Shown here piece by piece: positions 21,468 to 31,924 of a DNA stretch of 64,000 nucleotides (its first letter is position 1; the number at the start of each line of letters is the position of its first letter). Made by a program: the position numbers and the translations under genes. The stretch is from NCBI GenBank assembly GCA_041649835.1, contig JBAZML010000001.1, forward strand, positions 38,722 through 102,721. Reading direction: 5' to 3'. The notes under the pieces were generated by a model that saw only the letters and a program-made list of their open reading frames with translations, was not told the origin of the DNA and searched no databases. The DNA is from Candidatus Shapirobacteria bacterium (GTDB taxonomy: Bacteria > Patescibacteriota > Microgenomatia > UBA12405).

Positions 21468-21899
21468 ATGATTGAAAGCTGTTTGAAGATAAACAAAGAA
21501 TATCCATGGTTTCCTGGTATTAGACAGGATTTTAGCATTGTTCTGGAAGATGAAAGAACGGTCGGTAGTCTCTCGATTACCAGATTCACTATTACTGAGC
21601 CATTCGAGACGAGATGGACTTATCTAAATAGTATTCAAATTCCTGATTTGGAAAACAGGGGTCAAAGTTTTGCATCTCAGGCAATGAGGGAAGTAAACAA
21701 ATTAATTAAACTTGAAGACAGAAATGGAATTTTAAAAAATTCTATTATCGAGAGAAATAAACGTGATTTTTATCGTCATCAGGGATGGACAAAGGTAGGT
21801 GGTGTTGGAACTCAATGGGAATTTTTATTGAACCAACCCCTGTCTGTTTTTTTGATGAGACAAACAATAAGTGTAGTTAAAGAGAATTTTGTCAGATAA
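21468..21899 (+). CDS. GNAT-like acetyltransferase
   Basis: YLNSIQI...NRGQSFA (motif A-like), FYRHQGW (motif B-like); ATG chosen downstream of the tRNA. Confidence 0.55.
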   Translation: MIESCLKINKEYPWFPGIRQDFSIVLEDERTVGSLSITRFTITEPFETRWTYLNSIQIPDLENRGQSFASQAMREVNKLIKLEDRNGILKNSIIERNKRDFYRHQGWTKVGGVGTQWEFLLNQPLSVFLMRQTISVVKENFVR

Positions 21900-21910
21900 A
21901 TAGGTCAGAC

Positions 21911-22336
21911 CTAGAATGGCATTTCATCTGGAATAACGATATCTTCGACCTTATCTTCAACTTGAGTTTCCTGAGCTTCAGGAGATGAATTCTCATCAAC
22001 TGAACGGCGTTCAGTAAAGGGAATAACGGTTTCAGCAACAATCTCACTTATATATTTTTTGGTACCATCTTTGGCATCATATTGACGATTGTCAATGCGA
22101 CCAGTAAGAGAAACTTTCATACCTTTTTTGACTGTATTAGAAATATATTCAGCCTGTTTTCCCCAAACCACAATATTATGGAAAGTAGGAATATCGGTCC
22201 ATTGATCATCTCTTTTAATGGAGTGATTGGTGGCAACACCAAAACTACAAACAGCAGAACCTGAAGGAGTATATCTTAACTCTGGATCACGTGTAACATT
22301 GCCGGTGATTACGGCCATATTTATACTAAATGCCAT
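21911..22336 (-). CDS. ssb: Single-stranded DNA-binding protein
   Basis: GNVTRDPELRYTPSG, acidic tail ending DEMPF; start at MAFSIN. Confidence 0.96.
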   Translation of the reverse strand: MAFSINMAVITGNVTRDPELRYTPSGSAVCSFGVATNHSIKRDDQWTDIPTFHNIVVWGKQAEYISNTVKKGMKVSLTGRIDNRQYDAKDGTKKYISEIVAETVIPFTERRSVDENSSPEAQETQVEDKVEDIVIPDEMPF

Positions 22337-22458
22337 ATTATTTATTAAATAAACTTTTAATCCAAGCGATTTGGTCACGTAACCACTCAATGGTGGAACG
22401 AATTTCATTAACAGTTTCTTTAGTGTTATTGATTTTTTCCCGCGTCTTAGTCATAAAT

Positions 22459-22785
22459 TTATTTTATATCTATTAATTCAACCTCAAAAATTAATGTAGA
22501 CTTGGGAGGAATAACCCCGGGAATTCCCCTTTCACCATAGGCCATATCATAAGGAATGATTAATTTTCTTTTGCCACCAACTTTCATACCTGGAACACCT
22601 TTGTCCCAACCACGAATTACATGACCGACACCAATTTCTGTTTCAAAAGGTTTACCGCGGTCATAAGAAGAATCAAATTTGGTTCCATCTTCAAGCGTCC
22701 CACGATAATGCATGGAAACACCGTCACCGGATTTGACTTCAACACCACTTCCAACGACAAGATCTTCGATTATTAGTTTCGACAT
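22459..22785 (-). CDS. FKBP-type peptidyl-prolyl isomerase
   Basis: HYRGTL.DG.KFDSS, VIRGWD, AYGERG..IPP.STL.FEVEL. Confidence 0.96.
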   Translation of the reverse strand: MSKLIIEDLVVGSGVEVKSGDGVSMHYRGTLEDGTKFDSSYDRGKPFETEIGVGHVIRGWDKGVPGMKVGGKRKLIIPYDMAYGERGIPGVIPPKSTLIFEVELIDIK

Positions 22786-22801
22786 ATATTTTCATTATAC
22801 C

Positions 22802-24004
22802 CTAGAGAGTAAATTTACCATCTTTGTAAATAATCTTTTTGGTGCCATTAATCAAATTAGCAGTGACAGTACGATTGGTTGTAGCAATGATGTCAGTGTG
22901 AATCACTGAATCATTAAAACCCATATTACTCCACTGATTTTCAGTTATTTTAGCTGAATTTTTAGAATATGATTCATGAAATGAAGCGCCAAGCGCAATA
23001 TGTGTATTTCCATATCTTCCACCAAAATTTTCGTCATATAAAGTTTCGGCCATGAATTTATTGATTTTTGAAAAACGTTTATCGGTAAGAGAAAATTCGC
23101 CAATTTTATCTGCATTTTTGGTGGCAATCATTTCTTTTAAAATATTTTCTCCCTTGGAGGCGGTTGATTTAATAACAACACCATCCTTAAATTCTAAATA
23201 GATATCACGGATTTCATTGCCATATCGATAGAGAGGTAAATCAAATGATATATGGCCTTGAGTGAGGCGCCAATCAGGAGAAATGAATATTTCAAATGAA
23301 GGAATATTACAGCCATCTCCTCCAAGCCATTGACGATTTTTATCAATACCAACAATTAAATCTGTATTTTTAGACTCTAGATGAAAAGAATCAACTGGTA
23401 ATTTATTTAATTTATGTCGTAACTGATTCATACTTTCCTGAATATCTTGCCAGCGCAAAAGTGGTGTAGGATCATCCAAATAACAAGCTTTAATGACTTG
23501 CTGCCAACAACTTTTAAGTGACATTTTGGCTTCGGCGGCCATGGCGGGTGTGGGATAAAGACCAAGAGTCCAAGAAAATTTACCTTGAGACTCTTTTTTA
23601 TGCCGCCAATCAAGATATGGCTTAAGCGACAAATTTTTTTGCATAATTTTTTGAGGATTGATGCCTTCAAGTTCGTGTTTGTTTGTTTCCGCGATGATAG
23701 TTAAAAAGTGATCAGCTTGTTTGACTTTACCTTTTAAAAAATGAGCTGGGAAAAAATCTAACTGAGAAGAGTCGGCCAAAGAAAAAAATTCTTTTTCGAA
23801 TTCGTCAGGTATATATTGAATAATTGGTTGAGCCTTGGCTTTTAAAACACTTCTGTATAAGGCCAATAGTAGAGGTTTGGCATATTCCTGAACTTGCAAA
23901 AAGACTACTTCCCCCGCCCTGATGCCCTGGCCATTATTAAGGGCATAATTTATTAAAATATCAGCATAATTGTCTAATATTTTTTGATCCGGCTTGTAAT
24001 TCAT
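22802..24004 (-). CDS. Aminopeptidase, M29 (AmpS/PepS-like)
   Basis: NIPSFEIF, GEFSL, LYDEN, HIALG, S.IHTD. Confidence 0.92.
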   Translation of the reverse strand: MNYKPDQKILDNYADILINYALNNGQGIRAGEVVFLQVQEYAKPLLLALYRSVLKAKAQPIIQYIPDEFEKEFFSLADSSQLDFFPAHFLKGKVKQADHFLTIIAETNKHELEGINPQKIMQKNLSLKPYLDWRHKKESQGKFSWTLGLYPTPAMAAEAKMSLKSCWQQVIKACYLDDPTPLLRWQDIQESMNQLRHKLNKLPVDSFHLESKNTDLIVGIDKNRQWLGGDGCNIPSFEIFISPDWRLTQGHISFDLPLYRYGNEIRDIYLEFKDGVVIKSTASKGENILKEMIATKNADKIGEFSLTDKRFSKINKFMAETLYDENFGGRYGNTHIALGASFHESYSKNSAKITENQWSNMGFNDSVIHTDIIATTNRTVTANLINGTKKIIYKDGKFTL

Positions 24005-24039
24005 GAACTTATTATACTGCCAATGGTAAAATACTCCTT

Positions 24040-24492
24040 ATGGATTTTATAAAAAGATTTAAGAACAATCCCAATAAAATATATTTTATTCTTGCGGCAT
24101 TGGGATTTATATTAATTAATGTTGTCGGACTGATTCTGTATCAGGCGAAAAAAAATAAAAGTGATGAACCGGTAAAAATAAGTGCTGAGCAAATAACTGA
24201 AGTGGTGAACATTCCAACTCCAACTGAGGGTCCAACACCAACCGATTTCCCCACAGCTACTCCTGAGCCGCCAACTCCAACCAATAAACCCACAAAGGCA
24301 CCTACAGCAACCGTAACTCCCAGTCCAACTAATACACCTACCCCGGGACCGACAAGTACACCAGTTCCGTCGCCAACAAGTGTACCGCCGACAAACACCC
24401 CAACTCCAATCCCTCCCACACCAACGATTACCCCAAAACCAACGATAACAACCACACCTATATTGACATCGGGACCGACAATGACCCCTTAA
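24040..24492 (+). CDS. Membrane-anchored Pro/Thr-rich protein
   Basis: N-terminal TM followed by ~90 aa of PT repeats. Confidence 0.8.
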   Translation: MDFIKRFKNNPNKIYFILAALGFILINVVGLILYQAKKNKSDEPVKISAEQITEVVNIPTPTEGPTPTDFPTATPEPPTPTNKPTKAPTATVTPSPTNTPTPGPTSTPVPSPTSVPPTNTPTPIPPTPTITPKPTITTTPILTSGPTMTP

Positions 24493-25576
24493 TTATTATT
24501 CAAATAGATTTGAATATCGGTAAAATTATTTTCCCCTAATATGGGTATTAGGATTGATTGGTGATCTTTACTTATACCCATCTTAAGAAAATTCTTATCA
24601 GTAATTGCTAGAGAATTTATTTTGTATTGTGAAAATTCCGGAGCGCGCGAAATATATTGTTCCATCTCTGAAAAACTCATGTCAGTTTTGATGTGACTAC
24701 TCAGAGTTTTAATAAGAGGAATTATTTTACTAAAATATTTAAGGAAACAATTTTGTTTTTGATTGCTTCAACGACCAAACGTTGCCGTTCCGAACGATTA
24801 AAGTCTCCACCATCGGTTTGAGAATGACGAGAGCGGGCAAATTTTAGAGAAGTAATACCATCGAGATGATTTAATCCTTTGTCAAAATGGAGTTTTTCAT
24901 AACGACAGATAAACTGTTGGTCTAATTTGTCTCCGGACATGGTGGCACTAATGGCTTTTATTTCATCTTCACTCTTACCACAAAGATCAGTTGTACCAAC
25001 ATCAAGTGGATAAAATTCGTCATCAAAAGTTTTGGCAACCTTGACATCTAAACCATCAAGCTGATCAATTGCTTTGGTAAATCCTGAAAAATCAACTGCA
25101 AAAAAATAATCAGGTTTTATGCCAGTAACTGCTGAAACAACGTATTTTGACATTTCACCACCTCCAGCAGGTCCGGTAAATTCGATGGCTTTGTTGGGAT
25201 ATTTTTTATCACTGATACCTACAGCATAGGCAGAATTTATTTTTGCAGATTGAGTAGCAGTGGTACTAATAGGCATAACCACCCACAGGTCACGAGGTAG
25301 AGAAATCAAATCAACTTTTTGTAACTTGGGACTAATTCTGGCAAGCATAATAGAATCGGTTAAATAGCCACCATCGTGATTGGCACCAGCATAACCTAAA
25401 AGTAATATTGAAAAATCCCGATTTGGGTCGGGGGTGGGAGTGACAGTTGGTGAAATATTTAATGTTCTGTTTGGAATAACAACCATTTTCTGAAAACTTC
25501 TCTTAAAATAAAAGTAAGTCCCCAAGGGAAAAAGAGAGACCAGTAGAAAAAAAATAAGAACCCGTTTCCATTTCAT
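24489..25576 (-). pseudogene. LCP (LytR-CpsA-Psr) family protein, frameshifted near 24725
   Basis: LTDSIM, SLPRDLWV, FARSRH..DFNRSERQR; continuation IIPLIKTLSSHIKTDMS is in another frame after GTAAAATAA. Confidence 0.75.
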
Positions 25577-25603
25577 GTGATTTAGTATAAACTACAAAAG
25601 ACC

Positions 25604-26323
25604 ATGAAATTAAGATACAAGAGAGTCTTGCTGAAATTGAGTGGTGAATTGTTTGGTGAAAACAACAAAGAGGGAATCGATTTTGATAATGTTGGAAAAG
25701 TGGCAAAGTGCTTGATTGATCTTAAGAAAAAATATCCTATAGATTTAGCGGTAGTGATTGGAGCAGGCAACATTTTTAGAGGTAGGATGGTGGAAAATAG
25801 AGATTTTGACAGAGCTCAAGCAGATTATATGGGAATGTTGGCAACAATTATAAACTGTTTAGCTTTGCAGGGAGAGATTGAAAGATTGGGGGGAGAAACC
25901 AGATTAATGTCGGAGTTAAATGTAGCTTCTGTATGTGAACCCTTCATCCGCCGTCGGGCCCTAAGACATTTGGAAAAAGGTAGAATTGTAATTTTAGCCG
26001 GAGGAACCGGGAGTCCTTTTTTTACTACTGATTCTGCGGCTGCCCTGAAAGCTACTGAATTGCAATGCGATGTAGTGATAAAGGGAAGCAATGTTGATGG
26101 AGTATATGACTGCGACCCAAAAAAGAACGATTGTGCCAAAAAATTTGAAACCATAACCTATCAATATGCTCTGGAAAAAGGGTTGATGGTTATGGATGCA
26201 ACAGCTTTCGCATTGTGTCAACATGAAAAGATTCCCATTATTGTCTTTGACGCAGATAATTTAGATAATCTAGACAAAATCGTGGCCGGTGAAAAAATAG
26301 GAACTCTTATTAATGAAAAATAA
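25604..26323 (+). CDS. pyrH: UMP kinase
   Basis: RVLLKLSGE, GAGNIFRG, DYMGMLAT, PFFTTDSAAAL. Confidence 0.97.
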   Translation: MKLRYKRVLLKLSGELFGENNKEGIDFDNVGKVAKCLIDLKKKYPIDLAVVIGAGNIFRGRMVENRDFDRAQADYMGMLATIINCLALQGEIERLGGETRLMSELNVASVCEPFIRRRALRHLEKGRIVILAGGTGSPFFTTDSAAALKATELQCDVVIKGSNVDGVYDCDPKKNDCAKKFETITYQYALEKGLMVMDATAFALCQHEKIPIIVFDADNLDNLDKIVAGEKIGTLINEK

Positions 26324-27041
26324 TTTCGAATTGTAAATTAAGTCTTATAGTGCTACCCGGTTTAACTTGCAGTGGATTGTCGTTAATACCATTTTTAGGT
26401 CGGGTTACCGGTTCAAAACAAACAAAATTTCTGTCAGGAAAGTTTTCGTTTTGTGACCAAATTTGAAGATAGTTAAAATATTTTATATCGGCATTGGTAA
26501 TTTCCCTAATAACTAATTTGTATTCAGGAAATAAGGCAATAAATTCGTTTTTAAAATTATATAAATCATTGGGCGGGTTTACATTCCAATCTGCTAATAA
26601 AGGATTGAATTGAGGAAAATTGATCAATTTTATTGATGATTTTTGTGAATGTTCAATTGGCCAATAGGGGTGGAGTCCGGGTGAAATAGGCATATCTACA
26701 TCTCCCAAATTTTGGACTTCAAGCGAATAGTTAAGTTGGTTGTTGATAGCTTTTAATTTCAAATCGACAATAAATTTATGCGGATATATTTGCCTATACT
26801 CAGGATTAATATTATTTTCTGTTAATTGTAGATGACAAGAATCTTCTGATACTTTAATGTTTTTCCATTCTGAAACACGACCAAAACCATGACTGGGAAG
26901 TGGAGGACCGTAATCAAAATTGGGAAACAATAGAGGGATGCCAGTCCGTTTTAATTCACTACCCTGATACAAGACTTCCCTGCCCTTAATAGTCCATGAG
27001 ATTAAATAGGCCCCAAAGCTGGAGACTTTAATTTTAGCCAT
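26310..27041 (-). CDS. Aldose 1-epimerase / galactose mutarotase-like protein
   Basis: GIPLLFP, HGFGR, GLHPYW, FVCFEP. Confidence 0.88.
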   Translation of the reverse strand: MAKIKVSSFGAYLISWTIKGREVLYQGSELKRTGIPLLFPNFDYGPPLPSHGFGRVSEWKNIKVSEDSCHLQLTENNINPEYRQIYPHKFIVDLKLKAINNQLNYSLEVQNLGDVDMPISPGLHPYWPIEHSQKSSIKLINFPQFNPLLADWNVNPPNDLYNFKNEFIALFPEYKLVIREITNADIKYFNYLQIWSQNENFPDRNFVCFEPVTRPKNGINDNPLQVKPGSTIRLNLQFEIIFH

Positions 27042-27059
27042 TTTCTATTTTTTGGTTTT

Positions 27060-29174
27060 TTATAAAGAAAGATATTCCAAAATTCCAACTTGATTTTTGG
27101 CTTTAAAGGCACGATCAATTTTGGTAATAGGATCACTACCAAAATATTTTAATAATTTATTTAATTCAGTCTTTCTGACTTCCGGATCGGAGGTATTTTT
27201 TAAAGCTTCAATTTGGGGTTCAATATCAAAATATTTCATTTTTTCTTGAGCCGCCAACTGCCAAAATAATAAAAAGGCACGATCAGGAAAATCGATGCCA
27301 ATAAGTTTGTAACAGTATTTAATGACTGATTTTTCTAAATCTTCTCTGATAGCATCAGTTTTTTGTTTTTCCATGTTGATATCCCCATTACCTAAACTCT
27401 TTCGACCAATCTCAATATACATTTTGGTTTTTGGTTCAGTTCCGGAGGGTCTGACGGTAACGATAATACTGTTGGTCATATCGTCAGTTGGTTTTAAATT
27501 GAAAGTTAAAACATTACGAGAAACTTTGTCAGTTTCTGAAAGAAATGGTGATCCACTCCATTCGTCTTTTACAGACTCAACGAGGTAATTCCCGAATGAT
27601 TTGGGGGGCTCAGTTCTCAATTTTTGCTGAATCTTGGCCATTTCAGTCATTCCTTCGGCACCGGGTAAACGAATTTCAGTAAGATAATTTCTAAAATATC
27701 CAAATTTAAGATAAATATCATCTAGATATTCTTTTAGAGTTTTGTGTTCTAATTTTAATTTTGAGGCAAGTTCAGCTAACAAAATTCCAGGAACACAGGA
27801 GTCTTTGTCTCGAAGATAGTTGCCAGCAAGGGAGCCATGACTTTCCTCACCACCAATTAGAAAATCTTGGATTCTGCCAGCTTGTTCTAATTTATTTATT
27901 TCACTGCCAATATATTTAATGCCAACTAAAAGATTGCCAATTATTTCAACCCCATATTCTTTGGCTAAAACAGAAATTAAATTCGTTGTTACTAAAGTTT
28001 TGATGATAACTTTTTTGGAATTTAAAACAGATTTCTTCTTCATCTCTTCAAGCATATGGGAAACAATCAAAACATAGATTTCATTACCATTAAAAAAATG
28101 CCAACCTTCTTTTTCTTTAGACATTAAGCCAACTCTATCGCCATCAGGATCAGCAACCATAATTATGTCAGCGCCAATTTTTTCTGCTGGAGCGGTGAGA
28201 TTTAAATATGATTCTTCAACCTCAGGATTGGGAATGTTAAAAGTGATTGAAGAAAATTTTGGGTCAGGTTTACCGGATGTTTCGTCTACAGTGACATCAA
28301 AACCAAGGGATTTTAGGACCACTGGGACGGAGGTAAAACTAGTACCATGAAAAGGACTATATAAAATCTTGACCCCCCTATAATCTGAAATTGAAGTTGA
28401 GGCGGCAGCCTCAAGATAAGCTTGTCTGGTTTCAAGGGGAACTTCTTTTATTAAGCCGGTACTTTTAGCGATATCGAAATCGATTTTTTTAATTTCTTTT
28501 ACCTGATTAACAACCACGTCAACAAGTTCTTGATCGTGTGGGGGAATTAATTGACCGCCGGTTTCATCAACTACTTTTTTACCGTTATATTCTGGGGGAT
28601 TATGACTGGCACTAACCATGTCACCTGCAACGGCTTTCAGGTGTCGAACTGAAAATGACAACTCGGGAGTGGTGGCAAAACCGTCAAATAACCAGACAGT
28701 AAGTCCATTTGCTGCATAAACAACAGCAGCCTGCTGCGCCAACATCTTACAATTTAATTCATATACGGGATTTAATCTTGAATTATCGTATTCACCCTCT
28801 TTCAAATATTCCCTAACATCATAGGCAATAACAACACCACGATTTTTAGCACTGTCGCCATACTTACTAATTAGATATTGCGAGTGACCCTGAGCCGATG
28901 CTTGAATCGTCCAAGTATTAATTCGATTTGGTCCAATACCCACTAATCCACGACGGCCACCGGTGCCAAAAGGAATGATTTGGTAGAAACAGTCAAGAAT
29001 CATATCCCATTTTGCATTTTCAACCAGATATTCAATTTGAGGGACAAAATCGGCAAATTCCGGCTCAGTTAACCAACGTTCAACATGAACTAAAGCTGAA
29101 TCTTTGTATTGTTGATCGACACCAAGACTATTAAAACCATCTTTAATTTGGGAGAGAAGATTTGAATTTGTCAT
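27060..29174 (-). CDS. Phosphoglucomutase/phosphomannomutase with C-terminal extension
   Basis: FGTGGRRG, SASHNP, DPDGDR, GEESHG, RPSGTEPK; start may be 29174 or 29189. Confidence 0.92.
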   Translation of the reverse strand: MTNSNLLSQIKDGFNSLGVDQQYKDSALVHVERWLTEPEFADFVPQIEYLVENAKWDMILDCFYQIIPFGTGGRRGLVGIGPNRINTWTIQASAQGHSQYLISKYGDSAKNRGVVIAYDVREYLKEGEYDNSRLNPVYELNCKMLAQQAAVVYAANGLTVWLFDGFATTPELSFSVRHLKAVAGDMVSASHNPPEYNGKKVVDETGGQLIPPHDQELVDVVVNQVKEIKKIDFDIAKSTGLIKEVPLETRQAYLEAAASTSISDYRGVKILYSPFHGTSFTSVPVVLKSLGFDVTVDETSGKPDPKFSSITFNIPNPEVEESYLNLTAPAEKIGADIIMVADPDGDRVGLMSKEKEGWHFFNGNEIYVLIVSHMLEEMKKKSVLNSKKVIIKTLVTTNLISVLAKEYGVEIIGNLLVGIKYIGSEINKLEQAGRIQDFLIGGEESHGSLAGNYLRDKDSCVPGILLAELASKLKLEHKTLKEYLDDIYLKFGYFRNYLTEIRLPGAEGMTEMAKIQQKLRTEPPKSFGNYLVESVKDEWSGSPFLSETDKVSRNVLTFNLKPTDDMTNSIIVTVRPSGTEPKTKMYIEIGRKSLGNGDINMEKQKTDAIREDLEKSVIKYCYKLIGIDFPDRAFLLFWQLAAQEKMKYFDIEPQIEALKNTSDPEVRKTELNKLLKYFGSDPITKIDRAFKAKNQVGILEYLSL

Positions 29175-29200
29175 CCTTGAAGATATCACAACAATTGTGT

Positions 29201-29950
29201 TTATCTCAAGTCAACCAAGATGGTAGTTACTTCGGGGAATTGCTTATTTGGTTTTTTTTGAACCCTAAGTCCGCTTTCTGTAGCGATTAACAAACCAGCT
29301 GCAATATCGATATATTTCTCAGGTTTCAGTAGTGGAGCCATATAGGCTGAAAACATGCCAACTGAAAGCCAACAAAGTGAAAGTGAACCGCACCCAAATG
29401 ATCTAACTCTGTAAAATTTTTGATGCAACTCATCCAGTAACGTGGAAACATATCCGGCATATTGTTTGTAATTTTTTGAGCCGAAAGTTAAATCGACGGA
29501 TATTTGTTCATTTTCTGAATCCTGGAGATTGTGCTGACAGATTATTTTTTTTCCATTTAAAAAAGCTCCATTATTTTTGGATGCTGAAAAAAGCATTTTA
29601 GATTGAGGCTGATAAACAACTCCAATGATTGGTTGGCCATCCTCCAACAAGGCAGCGGTTACAGTCCAAAGTGGCACTCCCTTAATATAATATTTACTTC
29701 CATCAATAGCGTCCAGAACCCAAGTATATCGAGAATCCTTGAGATCACTTGATTCTTCCATAATAAGTGAATAATCCGGAAAATTATGGGAGACCCATTC
29801 AGAAAATTGTTGTTCAATCTTTACGTCAATGTCAGTACAAATATTTGGAGAATACCGGATAATTGAATTCGATTCTTGAGAATCCAGAGCTAATTTTCCA
29901 TAAGAAAGAACAATTTTTTCAAGCTTTTTTTGAATGTTTTTTATATCCAC
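29201..29950 (-). CDS. Inositol monophosphatase family protein
   Basis: EE..WVLDAIDGS, R.FGCGSL, DIAAG.LI..E.G; GTG start at 29950 avoids overlap with the divergent gene. Confidence 0.88.
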   Translation of the reverse strand: MDIKNIQKKLEKIVLSYGKLALDSQESNSIIRYSPNICTDIDVKIEQQFSEWVSHNFPDYSLIMEESSDLKDSRYTWVLDAIDGSKYYIKGVPLWTVTAALLEDGQPIIGVVYQPQSKMLFSASKNNGAFLNGKKIICQHNLQDSENEQISVDLTFGSKNYKQYAGYVSTLLDELHQKFYRVRSFGCGSLSLCWLSVGMFSAYMAPLLKPEKYIDIAAGLLIATESGLRVQKKPNKQFPEVTTILVDLR

Positions 29951-29982
29951 AGGATATGATATCTCATTTGTTAGAATATGGC

Positions 29983-30321
29983 ATGGAACAAATAACATAC
30001 TCTGATTTTGCAAAAGTTGAATTTAGGGTGGGAGAAATTATCGAGGCGATAAATGTAGAAACTTCTGAAAAATTAATTAGAATGATTGTTGATTTTGGTG
30101 AAGAGTTGGGGAAAATTATAGTATTCTCCGGAATTCGACATTGGTACTCCCCTGCCGACTTATTAAACAAAAAAACTATATTTGTGGTAAATATGATTCC
30201 TAAAAAAATTATGGGTGAAGAAAGTGGAGCAATGATTTTCGGGGCAGAAGATGAAAAAAATAATGAGATGTCAATTTTGATTTTGGAAAAGGATTTACCA
30301 TCAGGCACTAAAGTATTCTAA
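29983..30321 (+). CDS. Stand-alone tRNA-binding OB-fold protein (Trbp111/CsaA/MetRS C-terminal-like)
   Basis: ITYSDF.KVEFRVG.I, KL....VDFG, N..PKKIMGEES.AM. Confidence 0.88.
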   Translation: MEQITYSDFAKVEFRVGEIIEAINVETSEKLIRMIVDFGEELGKIIVFSGIRHWYSPADLLNKKTIFVVNMIPKKIMGEESGAMIFGAEDEKNNEMSILILEKDLPSGTKVF

Positions 30322-30340
30322 AAGTCTGCTAAAATTAGGC

Positions 30341-31921
30341 ATGATCAAAAAGGATCTGGAACGTTGGTTACAGGAAAATAAAATTGAAGGCAAAATTGAA
30401 CATCCCTCGATATCTAAGTTTGGCGATTATGCGGTCAGAACCGGAAAGCCTGTTGAGAATTTATCTGAAAACGATATTGTTGAAAAAACCGAATTTATGG
30501 CTGGTTTTATTAATATTTGGCTAAAGAAGGAAATTCTAAAAAAAGAAACTGAAGAAATCGGGACTGAAGTATGGAAAAATAATTTGGAAATCAATGGTCG
30601 GGGAAAAACAATGGTGATTGATTACAGCGCTCCCAATATCGCTAAACCTTTTGGAATAGGGCACTTAAGATCTACAGATATTGGTCAAGCAATTTACAAT
30701 ATTTACCAAATACTGGGATGGAAATGTATTGGTGATAATCATTTGGGTGATTGGGGAACTCAATTCGGGAAATTGATTGTGGCAATAAAAAAATGGGGGG
30801 TAAAACCAGTTGAAACAATGAGTATCGATGATTTAGAAACTTTATATGTTAAGTTTCATCAAGAAAGCGAAACTGATAAAGATTTAGAGGATGAGGCTAG
30901 AAAATGGTTTGCAAAATTAGAAAACAAAGATGTCGAAGCGACAGATATTTGGCAAAAATGCATTGATATTTCTATAAAGGAATTTGACCGGGTTTATGAA
31001 TTGCTTGGAGTAAAAATTGATTATGTTCTTGGCGAATCTTTCTACCTTGATAAGATGGATTCTGTTATTGAATTAATGGAAAATAAGGGAATACTAAAAC
31101 ATAGTGAAGGGGCTAAAATAATCGAATTTGAAAACATGCCACCAGCTATGACGACCAAATCAAATGGGACTACAACATATTTTTTAAGAGACATGGCAAC
31201 AGTAAAATACAGAATGGAAACTTGGAATCCAGACTTAATAATTTATGAAATTGGAGCGGACCAGGAATTGCACTGTCGACAAATATTTGAAACATCAAAA
31301 ATGTTGGGTTGGAAACCACAGTTTTACAATGTAGCTCATGGCATGATTAGGTGGGCTGATGGTAAATTTTCAACCAGAAAGGGACACACAATCCACTTAT
31401 CCGAAGTAATAGATAAGGCCATGGAAGAGGCGAAAAAAATTGCTCCCGACAATGATGAGAAAAAAATAAAAGCTGTAGCGATTGGAGCTATTAAATTTAA
31501 TGATTTATCCCAGGACCCAAAGAAGGATATAATTTTTGACTGGGAAAAGGTCATGTCAATGGAAGGAAATTCTGGACCGTATTTACAATACACTTATGCA
31601 AGATGTCAAAGTATTTTAAATAAAAGCAAAAAAAATAGTGAAATTAATGTTGATGAAAAATTAGAATCTGAAGAAGAAAATTTGTTGAGAGAATTTTATA
31701 AATTTGAAGAAAAAATAATTGAAGCAGCTGACAGATTTTCTCCGGCAGTGATAGCTGAATATTTAATCGGATTGGCAAGAAAATACAATGAATTTTACGC
31801 AAAATTTAGAGTAATTGGTGAGGAGACAGAGAAACGGAGATTATTTTTAACTGAAAGAACAGCTAAAATATTGAAACTGGGTCTAACTCTTTTGGGAATT
31901 GAAACAATGGAGAAGATGTAG
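30341..31921 (+). CDS. argS: Arginyl-tRNA synthetase
   Basis: SAPNIAKPFGIGHLRST, GDWGTQFG, FSTRKG, GPYLQYTYAR. Confidence 0.97.
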   Translation: MIKKDLERWLQENKIEGKIEHPSISKFGDYAVRTGKPVENLSENDIVEKTEFMAGFINIWLKKEILKKETEEIGTEVWKNNLEINGRGKTMVIDYSAPNIAKPFGIGHLRSTDIGQAIYNIYQILGWKCIGDNHLGDWGTQFGKLIVAIKKWGVKPVETMSIDDLETLYVKFHQESETDKDLEDEARKWFAKLENKDVEATDIWQKCIDISIKEFDRVYELLGVKIDYVLGESFYLDKMDSVIELMENKGILKHSEGAKIIEFENMPPAMTTKSNGTTTYFLRDMATVKYRMETWNPDLIIYEIGADQELHCRQIFETSKMLGWKPQFYNVAHGMIRWADGKFSTRKGHTIHLSEVIDKAMEEAKKIAPDNDEKKIKAVAIGAIKFNDLSQDPKKDIIFDWEKVMSMEGNSGPYLQYTYARCQSILNKSKKNSEINVDEKLESEEENLLREFYKFEEKIIEAADRFSPAVIAEYLIGLARKYNEFYAKFRVIGEETEKRRLFLTERTAKILKLGLTLLGIETMEKM

Positions 31922-31924
31922 TGT

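Noticed and set aside
21384-21899. Possible integrative element at tRNA-Glu (also considered at tRNA-Gln 42608)
   Set aside because: No integrase, and no duplicated tRNA 3' end seen in the window; only single orphan genes follow
24141-24455. Val/Gly-rich minus-strand ORF
   Set aside because: Antisense shadow of the Pro/Thr repeat gene
29863-30013. Apparent overlap of the IMPase and tRNA-binding ORFs
   Set aside because: Disappears when the downstream starts (GTG 29950, ATG 29983) are used
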